A stretch of DNA of 54,985 bases from Candidatus Thorarchaeota archaeon SMTZ1-45. GTDB taxonomy: Archaea > Asgardarchaeota > Thorarchaeia > Thorarchaeales > Thorarchaeaceae. Location of the stretch: positions 1 to 54,985 of the forward strand of contig LRSL01000033.1 of the NCBI GenBank assembly GCA_001563335.1. The letters are read 5' to 3'. The translations under genes were made by a program, and so were the position numbers. The notes under the pieces were generated by a model. That model searched no databases and was not told the DNA's origin. It saw only the letters and a program-made list of their open reading frames with translations. Each line of letters starts with the position of its first letter. The first letter of the stretch is position 1. Positions 46,734 through 54,985 of the stretch are shown here, piece after piece.

Positions 46734-49700
46734 TCAAGCTCCAGTCCACTCAGTGGGTAGTCCCTCAATAGTAGATCCTAACTTCCTTTTCAAAGCTAAC
46801 CCAACTAAAGCAATAATTGGCGCACCAGCCACTATTGGGGTGGACCCTGCATCAAGCACGATACTAATGGGGACTGGATTGGAAGTGAACTGCAGTTCGC
46901 TCATTGCAGTTTTCACCACAGGAAGTCCAAGAACAGTCATTTTGGCAGTGAATTTACCCTCCATGTTCAGCACAAGATATAATGTAAGTTTGATGTGCTG
47001 GTTGATGCTTAAGGTATGATTAAGCAGCAGGGTGTCCAAGGGGTCATACAAAGAGAGTATAAGCAGTCCGTACCAGTTGGTGTCAACACCAAGAACACTC
47101 ACTGCTAGGTCAAGACTGCAGTTTGAATTAACATAGGGTTGTGTCAGAGGTGTTAGGTTGATGCTAACAATGGGACGCACCTCTAGTTGCTTTTCTACTA
47201 AACAGGGAGCCAATGAGTCAGTCCCTGCGTATGAGATTCTTACTACGTATGTTCCAGCCAATAGACTTTGAAGGGAACTGGTTGCTATGCCCCTGCTGTT
47301 CGTGTTCATTATTCTTTCAAGAACAATATTCTCTTCAAGAAGTACTGTGAGGAGAATTTCAGCACCGCCCAGTTTGGAAAGTGTGCTGGACAGAGTGACT
47401 TCTATCTCTATATCCATTGGATAATCCACAGGTTCCAAGTCATTAACTGTGAGTATTGTGAGCCTTCGTGTCAGAATGTCCATAGACAAAGTTGTGGGTT
47501 GCCTCCAATCGTTACCAAGGTAGCGAATAAGGAGTGTGTAATTTCCAGTCCACGAGGGGAACCATGAAACCTCTGCAAGACCATTTACAAGATTGATGGG
47601 AGTCCTGTCACCAATGCTTCCATAAACCTCTACACCATCAGGTCGGTAAAGGCTAACCCAAATGGTCATGTCCATCATGGTGTCATTAAGGGAGTCAACA
47701 AGACACACGATGACAGAGTGTTCCTGATCGACGATGCCAGGGAAATCAGAAGTGACTATTTTCAGCTCACTCTGTGTAATGACTTTTAGTTGAGAAATCA
47801 TAACCGAACCGATTCTTTTAGTGCTGCTAGCTACTGTAATGTTCAGAGTGTAATCACCCACAGCAAGTCCCAGCAAACTGAGGTTGAAGCTATCGCCATT
47901 CAGCCATGATACGGTCGGAACTACTCCACTTGCATTTGTCATTGTGATTTCAATTGGAATGGAATAGAGGTCTAGCAGTTGTCCCAGCTCATCAACCACT
48001 GATATCGTAATGTTCTCTGAACTAGCTCGATCCATCACAAGGGGACCATTAAGCACGATGGAGCTTGTTCCCAGTACGAGGACATTCACAGCTGCATTGG
48101 AGGAGTGATAATGAGCTGAACCAGCAAAGGAGAAAATGACGGTGTAAGTTCCTCCTTGAATAAGTAGTATCTCTACTACCTCTGGCTCAACGCCCTGTTG
48201 AATAAGACTCCCACTATCTACTAATCCAATAATAGAGTTGTATGCGGCCCAATGGATAGTTCGCCCCTCGAGTGGTGTTCCTCCCGAGTCCACAAGGAGT
48301 ACACTAACATTCAACGGAATAAGCCCAGCAATAATGTCACCTTGATTGAAGCTTTCTATGATTACAGAAGTGCCATAACTGGAGTGTACTGCTTTAGAGT
48401 CCATCGTAGGTAGATATGTCGCAAGTCCAAGGAATTCTACCCATACTGTCAAGAACCCTTGGTCATCAATGACCACCTCCCATGATACATGACCAGATGC
48501 ATTGGTGACTCGTGTTACGGGGTCCTGAGTAGCATCACCCTCAATGGCAATGTTCACATCCATTCCCACAAGTGGATTACCATAGACATTCAGCAGTTGT
48601 GCAACGACCTGAAGTGTTTCTCCAACTTCTATGTCAACATCTTCAATCACCAGTCTAAGAGAGGTTGGACAGTACACTGTGTGCTCATGGTCATTTCTGT
48701 CCTCAAAGAAATCGTACACAGATGGACCACCACTTGATGAGATCTCCACACTGTAAAGACCCCATTGAGTTGGAGTGAACTGTGCAATAGCTACACCGTC
48801 GATTGTATCGCGAGTTCTAGTAAGAATTAGTTGATCATAGATATTGTATATCTTGACTGTAATTCTAAGACCATCTATTGGAAGCCCTAGATCATCAGTT
48901 ATGAAGAGGGTCACGTTAATTAGTTGCCCCACTGAAGGAGGTTTGGGAAACAGGTTTGTGAGTGTATGAGCATAGGTCATAGCTGTAACATCAGTCTGTC
49001 GATCGCCACCCAGCATGAACTGGTTCTCTGCTGGAGCTGCAGTTGCCTTTAGAAGCCCGTGTAAATCATCAGCATAATAAATGGCACTTGCGACACCCAA
49101 TTCATCGGTAAGCACATGCTTCGTCCATACTGGTACAAGATCCATGCCCAATACCTGGAACATTATATCCACTCCAGTTGTATTCCCGGTGGACTCAAGT
49201 GTGTAGGTAATGGTCAATGTGCTAAGCAAATCAACCATTGAAGAATCAAGCTCTAGGACACCACTTACTACCTCCATCACCGAAATTGATGAGTCTGTGA
49301 AGTTATCATAATAGTAGGCACTTCCATCATGGACTACTACAATCGTAGCTAGACCTCTCTCTAATGGAGTCCAGAGAATGGATGCAAGCCCATTCATAGA
49401 AGTGACCTGTGTTTGGAACACAATCACCCCACTCATAGTTATTGAGAGCTGGAGTACTCTTCCTTTGATGTATTGTCCAAGCGAGTCCCTAATTCCTAGT
49501 AGAAACTCAATCGAATTTCCAACATTGACAGTCGGATCATGCATGAGAACCATCGTAGGTGTAACATAGACCCTTTGAATTTCAGAATCATATGCTGAGG
49601 AATTCAACCCAGAGCTGAAATATGAAGCTTCCACTCTGAAATCTCCAATGTAATTGAAAGTATGGGATGATGAACATGTACCGTCAGCTCCAGTAAACAC

Positions 49701-52700
49701 AACGATAGAATGAATAATCGTGCCATTAATCCATGAAACAGCTATCTGCACCTCTGCTCCGGTGAGCGGTGAACCTTGCCAATCCATGACAAGGACGGAA
49801 ATCCCTAATCTCGTGCCCTGTTTGATTGGTTGTCCAGGTAAGCTCAACAGAAGAGATGTTTCTCCGAACACCACATTTGTAGTCTGAGTTGTCGCTCCTA
49901 GTAACCATCCTTGAGGGGGTAAAAATAAGATTATTTCAAGCGCTCCTGGTGAGTCAAGTAATAGAGTGAATGTGAATGATCCAGCCCCTCCTGTAATATA
50001 GATTGTATCAAGAATGACCGAACCATCGAGTGAAACAAGTGTATTAACAGACACCCATGAAACAGTCTGAGAGCCTGAGCTTATCACTGAAACAGTGATT
50101 GTTGTTGAACTTGGTGCAAGCAAGTTTCCATTCAGTTGAATCGCAATAGAAGGTTGATCAAAAACATCTATGGTCCCATTGAATTCACTCTCCATTAGGA
50201 CACCATTCCTGGCGAAATGTAGGTTAAAGGTGTAGCATCCCCTCTTCATGGGAGTCCATATGAAGTTTTTAGGACCGTTCACAGACAACATAGTATCTGT
50301 GTGAACCACACTAAGACTTTCATTCCAGATTGTAATGGACACCATTTCTCCAATAATGACTGAACCATTAGACTCTAGATGCAGTGTGAATGGAATCAGG
50401 GTTTCGTTTCCCACTCCTCCCTGCAGTGATGAGCTGGACAATAGGAATGTTATCTCGGGTTGGAGCACAGATACCACTCTCCAAAGCACAAGATCCTCGC
50501 ATCCACTCCGACGAAGGGTTACAATAAGATTGTATGGACCCTCAGAGAGGTCATTTGTGGGTATCGAAAAGTCATATGGACTCAGCTCCGTTGATGTCCA
50601 GTCGTGGAAGAAGGATCCATTAGATAGGCGGATGATAACATCTGTCATCCCTGCATCTCCACCACCTGATAATGCCCAGGAAACAGTACCAAGAATAGGG
50701 TTTCCTCTAACGATAACTGGTGTGTGTACAATGAGTGAGCCTTCTATTGATCCTAGAACATCGACAGTTTTGCTATCAAATGCTCTTGACATCCCCCAGT
50801 TCCATACCATCAGGGAGATGTCTTGAGGCCCTATTGCATCAATGTCAGAGGGGACTGAGAGTGACAGCGTGTCCAGTCCAGCTACATTCTCAAATAGAGT
50901 CCAAGAATTAAATGCATTGATAAATACTGAGTGTGTTGGTTGTGTGGATGTGATGGACACTGTGAGTTCCAGCGTATCTCCTAGTTGAACGGAACTTGGA
51001 ATTGTTGCAGAGATCGTACAACCCTCTACCTCGTTCATTCGAGGTCTCAAGCCAAGGGTTGAAACCATATCAAGAACACCCTCAGTGAAGACAGGTTGCC
51101 ACCACGTTGAAGAGTTGAACCAAGCATCTGAAAAGGCAGACCGGAGAGTACTAAGTATGGAATCAGAATCTATTGAGTCTAGGCTTGTTAGGAACCCACT
51201 TGTGTTCAAAAGAGCAAGCGTCCTGACATCCCAGCTCAATGACCATAGGTCAGTATATTGGAAGCGTGCCTCAATTACGTTGGCAATCTCTGTTGCCATG
51301 ATAGATGTGACAAGTCCAAGTCTTAAGGCTAGACGAGTGCAAAAGAAATCAATTGCTGATTGCACTCCAACAAAAGGCGCAAGATCCCAACCTACAGAGC
51401 TCCAACTCCCAGAAGAGTAGGATGAGAGAACTTGTGACTCAATAGCAGTCCTATACCAAATTGTATCCATTTCATTAAGCTGGAACAGAGTTTCAACTGC
51501 GGCAATAGTGTATTGCATGTGAGGCGTCCCAAGCACCGAAGGTTTGTAGTGTCCTGTTGTGGCTTGTCTCATAGATAGGTAGAATGTGATAGAGGAAACC
51601 TGACTTGGTGAGAGCGTGATAAAATTTGAGTCAGCAAGACCAACTCCAAAGAATTGAGCCCATACTCCAGAGAGATAGTACTGCTGATTGTCATACTCAG
51701 GAGCAATCAAGATCGTGAGATTGGAGTGACCAGGGTATTGAATCAGAGTATTTCCTTCAAAACCTTGAAGATAGTAAGTCATTAGTTCGTTGTCAACCAT
51801 CCCTGTGTGAGCAAGTCTATTCACTTCAGATAACCAGAAGGACCACATCAGAGATGGGACCTCTTCCATTAGTTCGAAACCAGCTTTGCTTTGAATAGCA
51901 TTAATGTAAGAGAGTAATCCAGTGACAATGGGACCTGTGATTGATTCCAGTTTCTTCAGGCATATTGCCACTTCAGCTGCAGCCCAGGTCTTTCCCACTA
52001 TATCGTCTGATGCCAGTCCCATGCCATATCCTCCTGATGGGAGTTGATTGGCAGAGAACCAAGCAAGACCTAAGGTCCTGTTAGACAGGTCTAGAGTGCC
52101 AAGTACAGACATCGTCGCGAGAGCAGAAGCAGTCCCTCTAGTAATATGCATGTCAGCTCCAATGGTGTCTTGAAAGGACCCATCCCCAATGCTTGTTTCT
52201 AAAATCCACTCAGTGAGTTTTGCAGGATCGGTGTGCGTTTTTCCAAGCATCAATAGTGAAACCACATACTGTGAAGAATAGATGTTGTGCGATTCACCAT
52301 TTGTAGGATTCTTAGCTACGCCACCCCAGTTTTCAGGTGATCCTGTATCACCATCTACTACACATGATCTAAGCCAAGATTCAAGGCTATCTGTGTCGAT
52401 AGTTCCAAATCCTCCACTCTCTGACAGTGCCTCGATGACATGATAGGTTGTAGTCATGTGATTAGAAAACCCACCCTCCACGCTTTGTCGTGAGCTAAGA
52501 TAGAAAGTGAGCTTCGTGCTGTTGAACTGCGACTCAAGCCCCATAAGTGTGACAAGCCAGAGTCCCATAGCGGTTGTGTCCACAGTTACCGTACTATCAA
52601 AAACAGACTCTGCAAAACCTGCTTCAATCCCGAAGTCAGCATAGAGTCTAGCCAGAATATTCTGAACCAATGCTTGATTATCTGACCGCCAAATAGAGAA

Positions 52701-53621
52701 GCTCGCGAAATCCTTCAGATCATGAACTGTGTGTACTGCAAGGTAGGTTCCTTCCAGACTTGGTGTATGAGAATGATGCAGTCCTCCAGCCAATGTCTGT
52801 CCCTCCTTTGATTGGACTGACTGGAAGATATTAGCAAGTGAGGTCTCTCGGAGAGCTGAAGCATAAGCTAGCGTGTTCACAAAGAGTCCCTTCCCGGTCC
52901 CTGTCCACTGAGTAGGGTCTTCTGGACCAAAGAGGAACAAATCGAGAGGCCAGGACTCGTATCGTAATGGCGAGAGGACTGCGGGTGTGGTAGTTCCTGT
53001 GAGATCTATCAACCGTGACCGTTCTGCCTGTATTTCATGCACGGGTAGAATCAAGCCGGTCTCCGTCGTGAGGAGAGAGCCAATTGTGAGGCTCGACGGT
53101 TGAGATAGGAAGACTGCTCCATTGAACTCGGGGGTTGTGTTTAATTGACGCTCAATTGATGCAGTGGTCAAGGGTGGACTGGTCTGTCTGAGCCGATGGA
53201 CAAGCCATGCAGCACGGCCAACCAAAATCGTGGGAAGGTCCGTTCGGACCAGAAGTGTGATGAACTCCTCAGTCACAGCTGACCCATCATTGGAGCCACA
53301 ACTAGGGTCTATGATGAGTGCTTGTGCGTCATTAAGAAGAGTGGGGGCAAGCAGAACTTCTGTCAAATTGTACTGTACATGCAAAATCCCTTTGTCTGTG
53401 AGGAGTGAGGAAAGTGATGAGCTGTGTGAAGGAATTGTAGATCCAGGTAGATCTATGATGACATATATCCCAAGGTCTGTAGCTAAACCAGGGTCTGCGG
53501 CAAGATGCGTTTCCTCATGTTGTGAAACAATGTTTCCTGTCGCTCTTGAGATATCAACAATCGTAAGTCCGCTCATAATCCAAAGTAAGAGTAGTACAAC
53601 AACGAATCCCCGAACCCTCAA
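46734..53621 (-). CDS. 2295-aa cell-surface protein: signal peptide, prenyltransferase-like (PFTB) helical repeats, tandem Ig-like domains, C-terminal TM
   Basis: Repeats such as YLSSRQSVEGGF, ANQLPSGGY and YLSMRQATTGHY. Ig-like units such as D..G.P(L/I).G..V...T...G.A and Y.G...Y. TM followed by KRK near the C-terminus. Confidence 0.85.
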   Translation of the reverse strand: MRVRGFVVVLLLLWIMSGLTIVDISRATGNIVSQHEETHLAADPGLATDLGIYVIIDLPGSTIPSHSSSLSSLLTDKGILHVQYNLTEVLLAPTLLNDAQALIIDPSCGSNDGSAVTEEFITLLVRTDLPTILVGRAAWLVHRLRQTSPPLTTASIERQLNTTPEFNGAVFLSQPSSLTIGSLLTTETGLILPVHEIQAERSRLIDLTGTTTPAVLSPLRYESWPLDLFLFGPEDPTQWTGTGKGLFVNTLAYASALRETSLANIFQSVQSKEGQTLAGGLHHSHTPSLEGTYLAVHTVHDLKDFASFSIWRSDNQALVQNILARLYADFGIEAGFAESVFDSTVTVDTTAMGLWLVTLMGLESQFNSTKLTFYLSSRQSVEGGFSNHMTTTYHVIEALSESGGFGTIDTDSLESWLRSCVVDGDTGSPENWGGVAKNPTNGESHNIYSSQYVVSLLMLGKTHTDPAKLTEWILETSIGDGSFQDTIGADMHITRGTASALATMSVLGTLDLSNRTLGLAWFSANQLPSGGYGMGLASDDIVGKTWAAAEVAICLKKLESITGPIVTGLLSYINAIQSKAGFELMEEVPSLMWSFWLSEVNRLAHTGMVDNELMTYYLQGFEGNTLIQYPGHSNLTILIAPEYDNQQYYLSGVWAQFFGVGLADSNFITLSPSQVSSITFYLSMRQATTGHYKPSVLGTPHMQYTIAAVETLFQLNEMDTIWYRTAIESQVLSSYSSGSWSSVGWDLAPFVGVQSAIDFFCTRLALRLGLVTSIMATEIANVIEARFQYTDLWSLSWDVRTLALLNTSGFLTSLDSIDSDSILSTLRSAFSDAWFNSSTWWQPVFTEGVLDMVSTLGLRPRMNEVEGCTISATIPSSVQLGDTLELTVSITSTQPTHSVFINAFNSWTLFENVAGLDTLSLSVPSDIDAIGPQDISLMVWNWGMSRAFDSKTVDVLGSIEGSLIVHTPVIVRGNPILGTVSWALSGGGDAGMTDVIIRLSNGSFFHDWTSTELSPYDFSIPTNDLSEGPYNLIVTLRRSGCEDLVLWRVVSVLQPEITFLLSSSSLQGGVGNETLIPFTLHLESNGSVIIGEMVSITIWNESLSVVHTDTMLSVNGPKNFIWTPMKRGCYTFNLHFARNGVLMESEFNGTIDVFDQPSIAIQLNGNLLAPSSTTITVSVISSGSQTVSWVSVNTLVSLDGSVILDTIYITGGAGSFTFTLLLDSPGALEIILFLPPQGWLLGATTQTTNVVFGETSLLLSLPGQPIKQGTRLGISVLVMDWQGSPLTGAEVQIAVSWINGTIIHSIVVFTGADGTCSSSHTFNYIGDFRVEASYFSSGLNSSAYDSEIQRVYVTPTMVLMHDPTVNVGNSIEFLLGIRDSLGQYIKGRVLQLSITMSGVIVFQTQVTSMNGLASILWTPLERGLATIVVVHDGSAYYYDNFTDSSISVMEVVSGVLELDSSMVDLLSTLTITYTLESTGNTTGVDIMFQVLGMDLVPVWTKHVLTDELGVASAIYYADDLHGLLKATAAPAENQFMLGGDRQTDVTAMTYAHTLTNLFPKPPSVGQLINVTLFITDDLGLPIDGLRITVKIYNIYDQLILTRTRDTIDGVAIAQFTPTQWGLYSVEISSSGGPSVYDFFEDRNDHEHTVYCPTSLRLVIEDVDIEVGETLQVVAQLLNVYGNPLVGMDVNIAIEGDATQDPVTRVTNASGHVSWEVVIDDQGFLTVWVEFLGLATYLPTMDSKAVHSSYGTSVIIESFNQGDIIAGLIPLNVSVLLVDSGGTPLEGRTIHWAAYNSIIGLVDSGSLIQQGVEPEVVEILLIQGGTYTVIFSFAGSAHYHSSNAAVNVLVLGTSSIVLNGPLVMDRASSENITISVVDELGQLLDLYSIPIEITMTNASGVVPTVSWLNGDSFNLSLLGLAVGDYTLNITVASSTKRIGSVMISQLKVITQSELKIVTSDFPGIVDQEHSVIVCLVDSLNDTMMDMTIWVSLYRPDGVEVYGSIGDRTPINLVNGLAEVSWFPSWTGNYTLLIRYLGNDWRQPTTLSMDILTRRLTILTVNDLEPVDYPMDIEIEVTLSSTLSKLGGAEILLTVLLEENIVLERIMNTNSRGIATSSLQSLLAGTYVVRISYAGTDSLAPCLVEKQLEVRPIVSINLTPLTQPYVNSNCSLDLAVSVLGVDTNWYGLLILSLYDPLDTLLLNHTLSINQHIKLTLYLVLNMEGKFTAKMTVLGLPVVKTAMSELQFTSNPVPISIVLDAGSTPIVAGAPIIALVGLALKRKLGSTIEGLPTEWTGA

Positions 53622-53848
53622 TTCTTGAACCTCCTATGTGTTTCTCCTGTTGAGATAACGTCAATGAAGTCAGCATTGTGGAGGACTGGTTTATAGATCA
53701 CAGAATGAGCTCTTGGGTGCTCAGGCTCGGACTCAGAAAGAGGGTGGGATAGTTGATTCCTGGGAAGAGATGTAGGCATGAAGCTAAAATAAACTGCGGA
53801 ATCTGTCCGAGCCTGAACTTTCGTTTTATGTTCCACTCGCTGGATCAC
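53618..53848 (-). CDS. small hypothetical protein
   Basis: 76-aa ORF whose start and stop each overlap a neighbouring gene by 4 nt (GTGA and TTGA). No recognisable motif. Confidence 0.4.
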   Translation of the reverse strand: MIQRVEHKTKVQARTDSAVYFSFMPTSLPRNQLSHPLSESEPEHPRAHSVIYKPVLHNADFIDVISTGETHRRFKN

Positions 53849-54444
53849 ATTCCCACCCCCATATACATCGTGTAGTAAATGAAACCCATGATGACCATGA
53901 AACCGATGAACTCAATGGTTCCACTCCGGGGTTTGTTCCGTAGAGAAGCCAGAATTAGTGATAAGTCCCCTGATCGAAGTGAGCAATTGAATAGTATCCC
54001 TAGTGCAATCCACCAAAACACAAGAACCCATAATGTTTCGATATAGATCATCACTGGCATTACTATCAGCGTGAAGGCTGTGAACACAGCAGCCACAACA
54101 TTCAGAAAGAGGACCACAAGCACGACGCCAACTCGAGGAGGTTTTTCCACTTTCAGGAAGACATTGATTTCACCATAGGTGGACGAACTTCCAATGTCCT
54201 CAACATCGACTCCAAATACTCTAGCGAGCAGATAGCGTATCCCCATATAAGCAAGGGTTCCTGGAAGGAATATGATAGTGAGAAAGGTCATTAGCTTGTT
54301 GCGTGTCCAGTCCTCGAACTCTCTTTTCTGGCCTGAGAGAAGTAGTAAGCCCCTTAGTATGCTGGCTCCAACAAGGACTATAGGGGTCACACTGAAAGAG
54401 TAGACAAGATTAGCAAGCATCAATATTCCAATGTCTGACTGCAA
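53845..54444 (-). CDS. hypothetical membrane protein (about 5 TM)
   Basis: Hydrophobic 199-aa ORF with an RBS-like AGGAAGTGA upstream. Confidence 0.75.
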   Translation of the reverse strand: MQSDIGILMLANLVYSFSVTPIVLVGASILRGLLLLSGQKREFEDWTRNKLMTFLTIIFLPGTLAYMGIRYLLARVFGVDVEDIGSSSTYGEINVFLKVEKPPRVGVVLVVLFLNVVAAVFTAFTLIVMPVMIYIETLWVLVFWWIALGILFNCSLRSGDLSLILASLRNKPRSGTIEFIGFMVIMGFIYYTMYMGVGM

Positions 54445-54752
54445 GATCTCACTTCCTTGCTTCCTCTATGACCGGTGCTGTTATTGTTCCACATCTGTGG
54501 AATGTCGGGTCATTCATGGTATGTATGGAGATGTTGGAATTATTCGTAAACTTTCACTCAAGAACATCTACAGGAGTATAGAAGTATATGAATGAAAAAA
54601 TGGAATTATTGTCACTCCGAAAGGTATATTCAGACTCATAGATTTTATAATTTAAAAAGAAGCGTTATGGTTCCTTTTTTGAGTCCCATTGAGTCCAAAA
54701 GTGCAACAATAATACTTATGCCACACTTGTTTCTGATGTGAGATTCACGGAT

Positions 54753-54983
54753 TTACACCCATTGCTCTAGTGTGCTCTGGGTTTTTCCAAACATCTTCCA
54801 TAGGCGAACCATTTCTCGTGTCTTGGCTTCTGCTGTGGCTTTACCAAATGCTGGACTAAGTACTCGCACCAATTTTGTGATGATAGGTGGTTTCAGGGAG
54901 AGTTCTATACCATTCGTAGTCATGTAGGTAGACTCATTGAACACCTCTCGTGCTTGCAGATACTCTTCTCTTTCTGATGGTGT
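54753..54983 (-). CDS. 3' end of a CDS that begins beyond the window
   Basis: The frame is open to the window edge: TPSEREEYLQAREVFNES...GKTQSTLEQWV-stop. Confidence 0.6.
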   Translation of the reverse strand, partial: TPSEREEYLQAREVFNESTYMTTNGIELSLKPPIITKLVRVLSPAFGKATAEAKTREMVRLWKMFGKTQSTLEQWV

Positions 54984-54985
54984 AA

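Noticed and set aside
54445-54752. AT-rich intergenic region as a possible origin, ncRNA or 22-codon leader peptide
   Set aside because: No ORB-like repeats, no adjacent cdc6 and no convincing structure. It is consistent with ordinary terminator and promoter sequence.
1-54985. CRISPR arrays, rRNA/tRNA genes, transposases and integrases
   Set aside because: I saw no regularly spaced nucleotide repeats, cloverleaf-like segments or recombinase/transposase motifs. Intergenic gaps are short. A tRNAscan/Infernal run would be needed to exclude small RNAs.

Overview
Gene-dense archaeal chromosomal segment with about 45 genes. The gene content suggests an Asgard archaeon, probably Thorarchaeia. This is an inference from the tandem Lrp/AsnC regulator, AOR, form IV RuBisCO-like protein, fhs-folD-ftcD, long acidic surface proteins, GAGGTGA-type ribosome-binding sites and TTTATA boxes. 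I saw no rRNA, tRNA, CRISPR array or transposase. Most genes are housekeeping or metabolic. Two loci stand out as candidate undescribed systems. (1) 15961-19242: a radical SAM/SPASM enzyme resembling the XYG-modifying 'splicease'-type peptide maturases, followed by two paralogous single-pass membrane proteins sharing the C-terminal motif YxxGxxYG[ST]IxP[KR]DF, then a SAM methyltransferase-TPR fusion. (2) 5351-9338: a MurL-like ATP-dependent peptide epimerase, a D-Ala-D-Ala-ligase-type ATP-grasp enzyme and a GNAT, convergent with a PLP fold-II enzyme, with no other peptidoglycan gene in the window. Also notable are two genes interrupted by in-frame stops or a frameshift that the ORF track splits, a repeated CAAACG operator-like motif around a TATA box, an acetoacetate-decarboxylase homolog whose Schiff-base Lys is replaced by Arg, a receptor-like Ca-binding repeat protein, and a 2295-aa surface protein fusing prenyltransferase-like repeats to Ig-like repeats. 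All family assignments come from motif recognition by eye, with no database searches.
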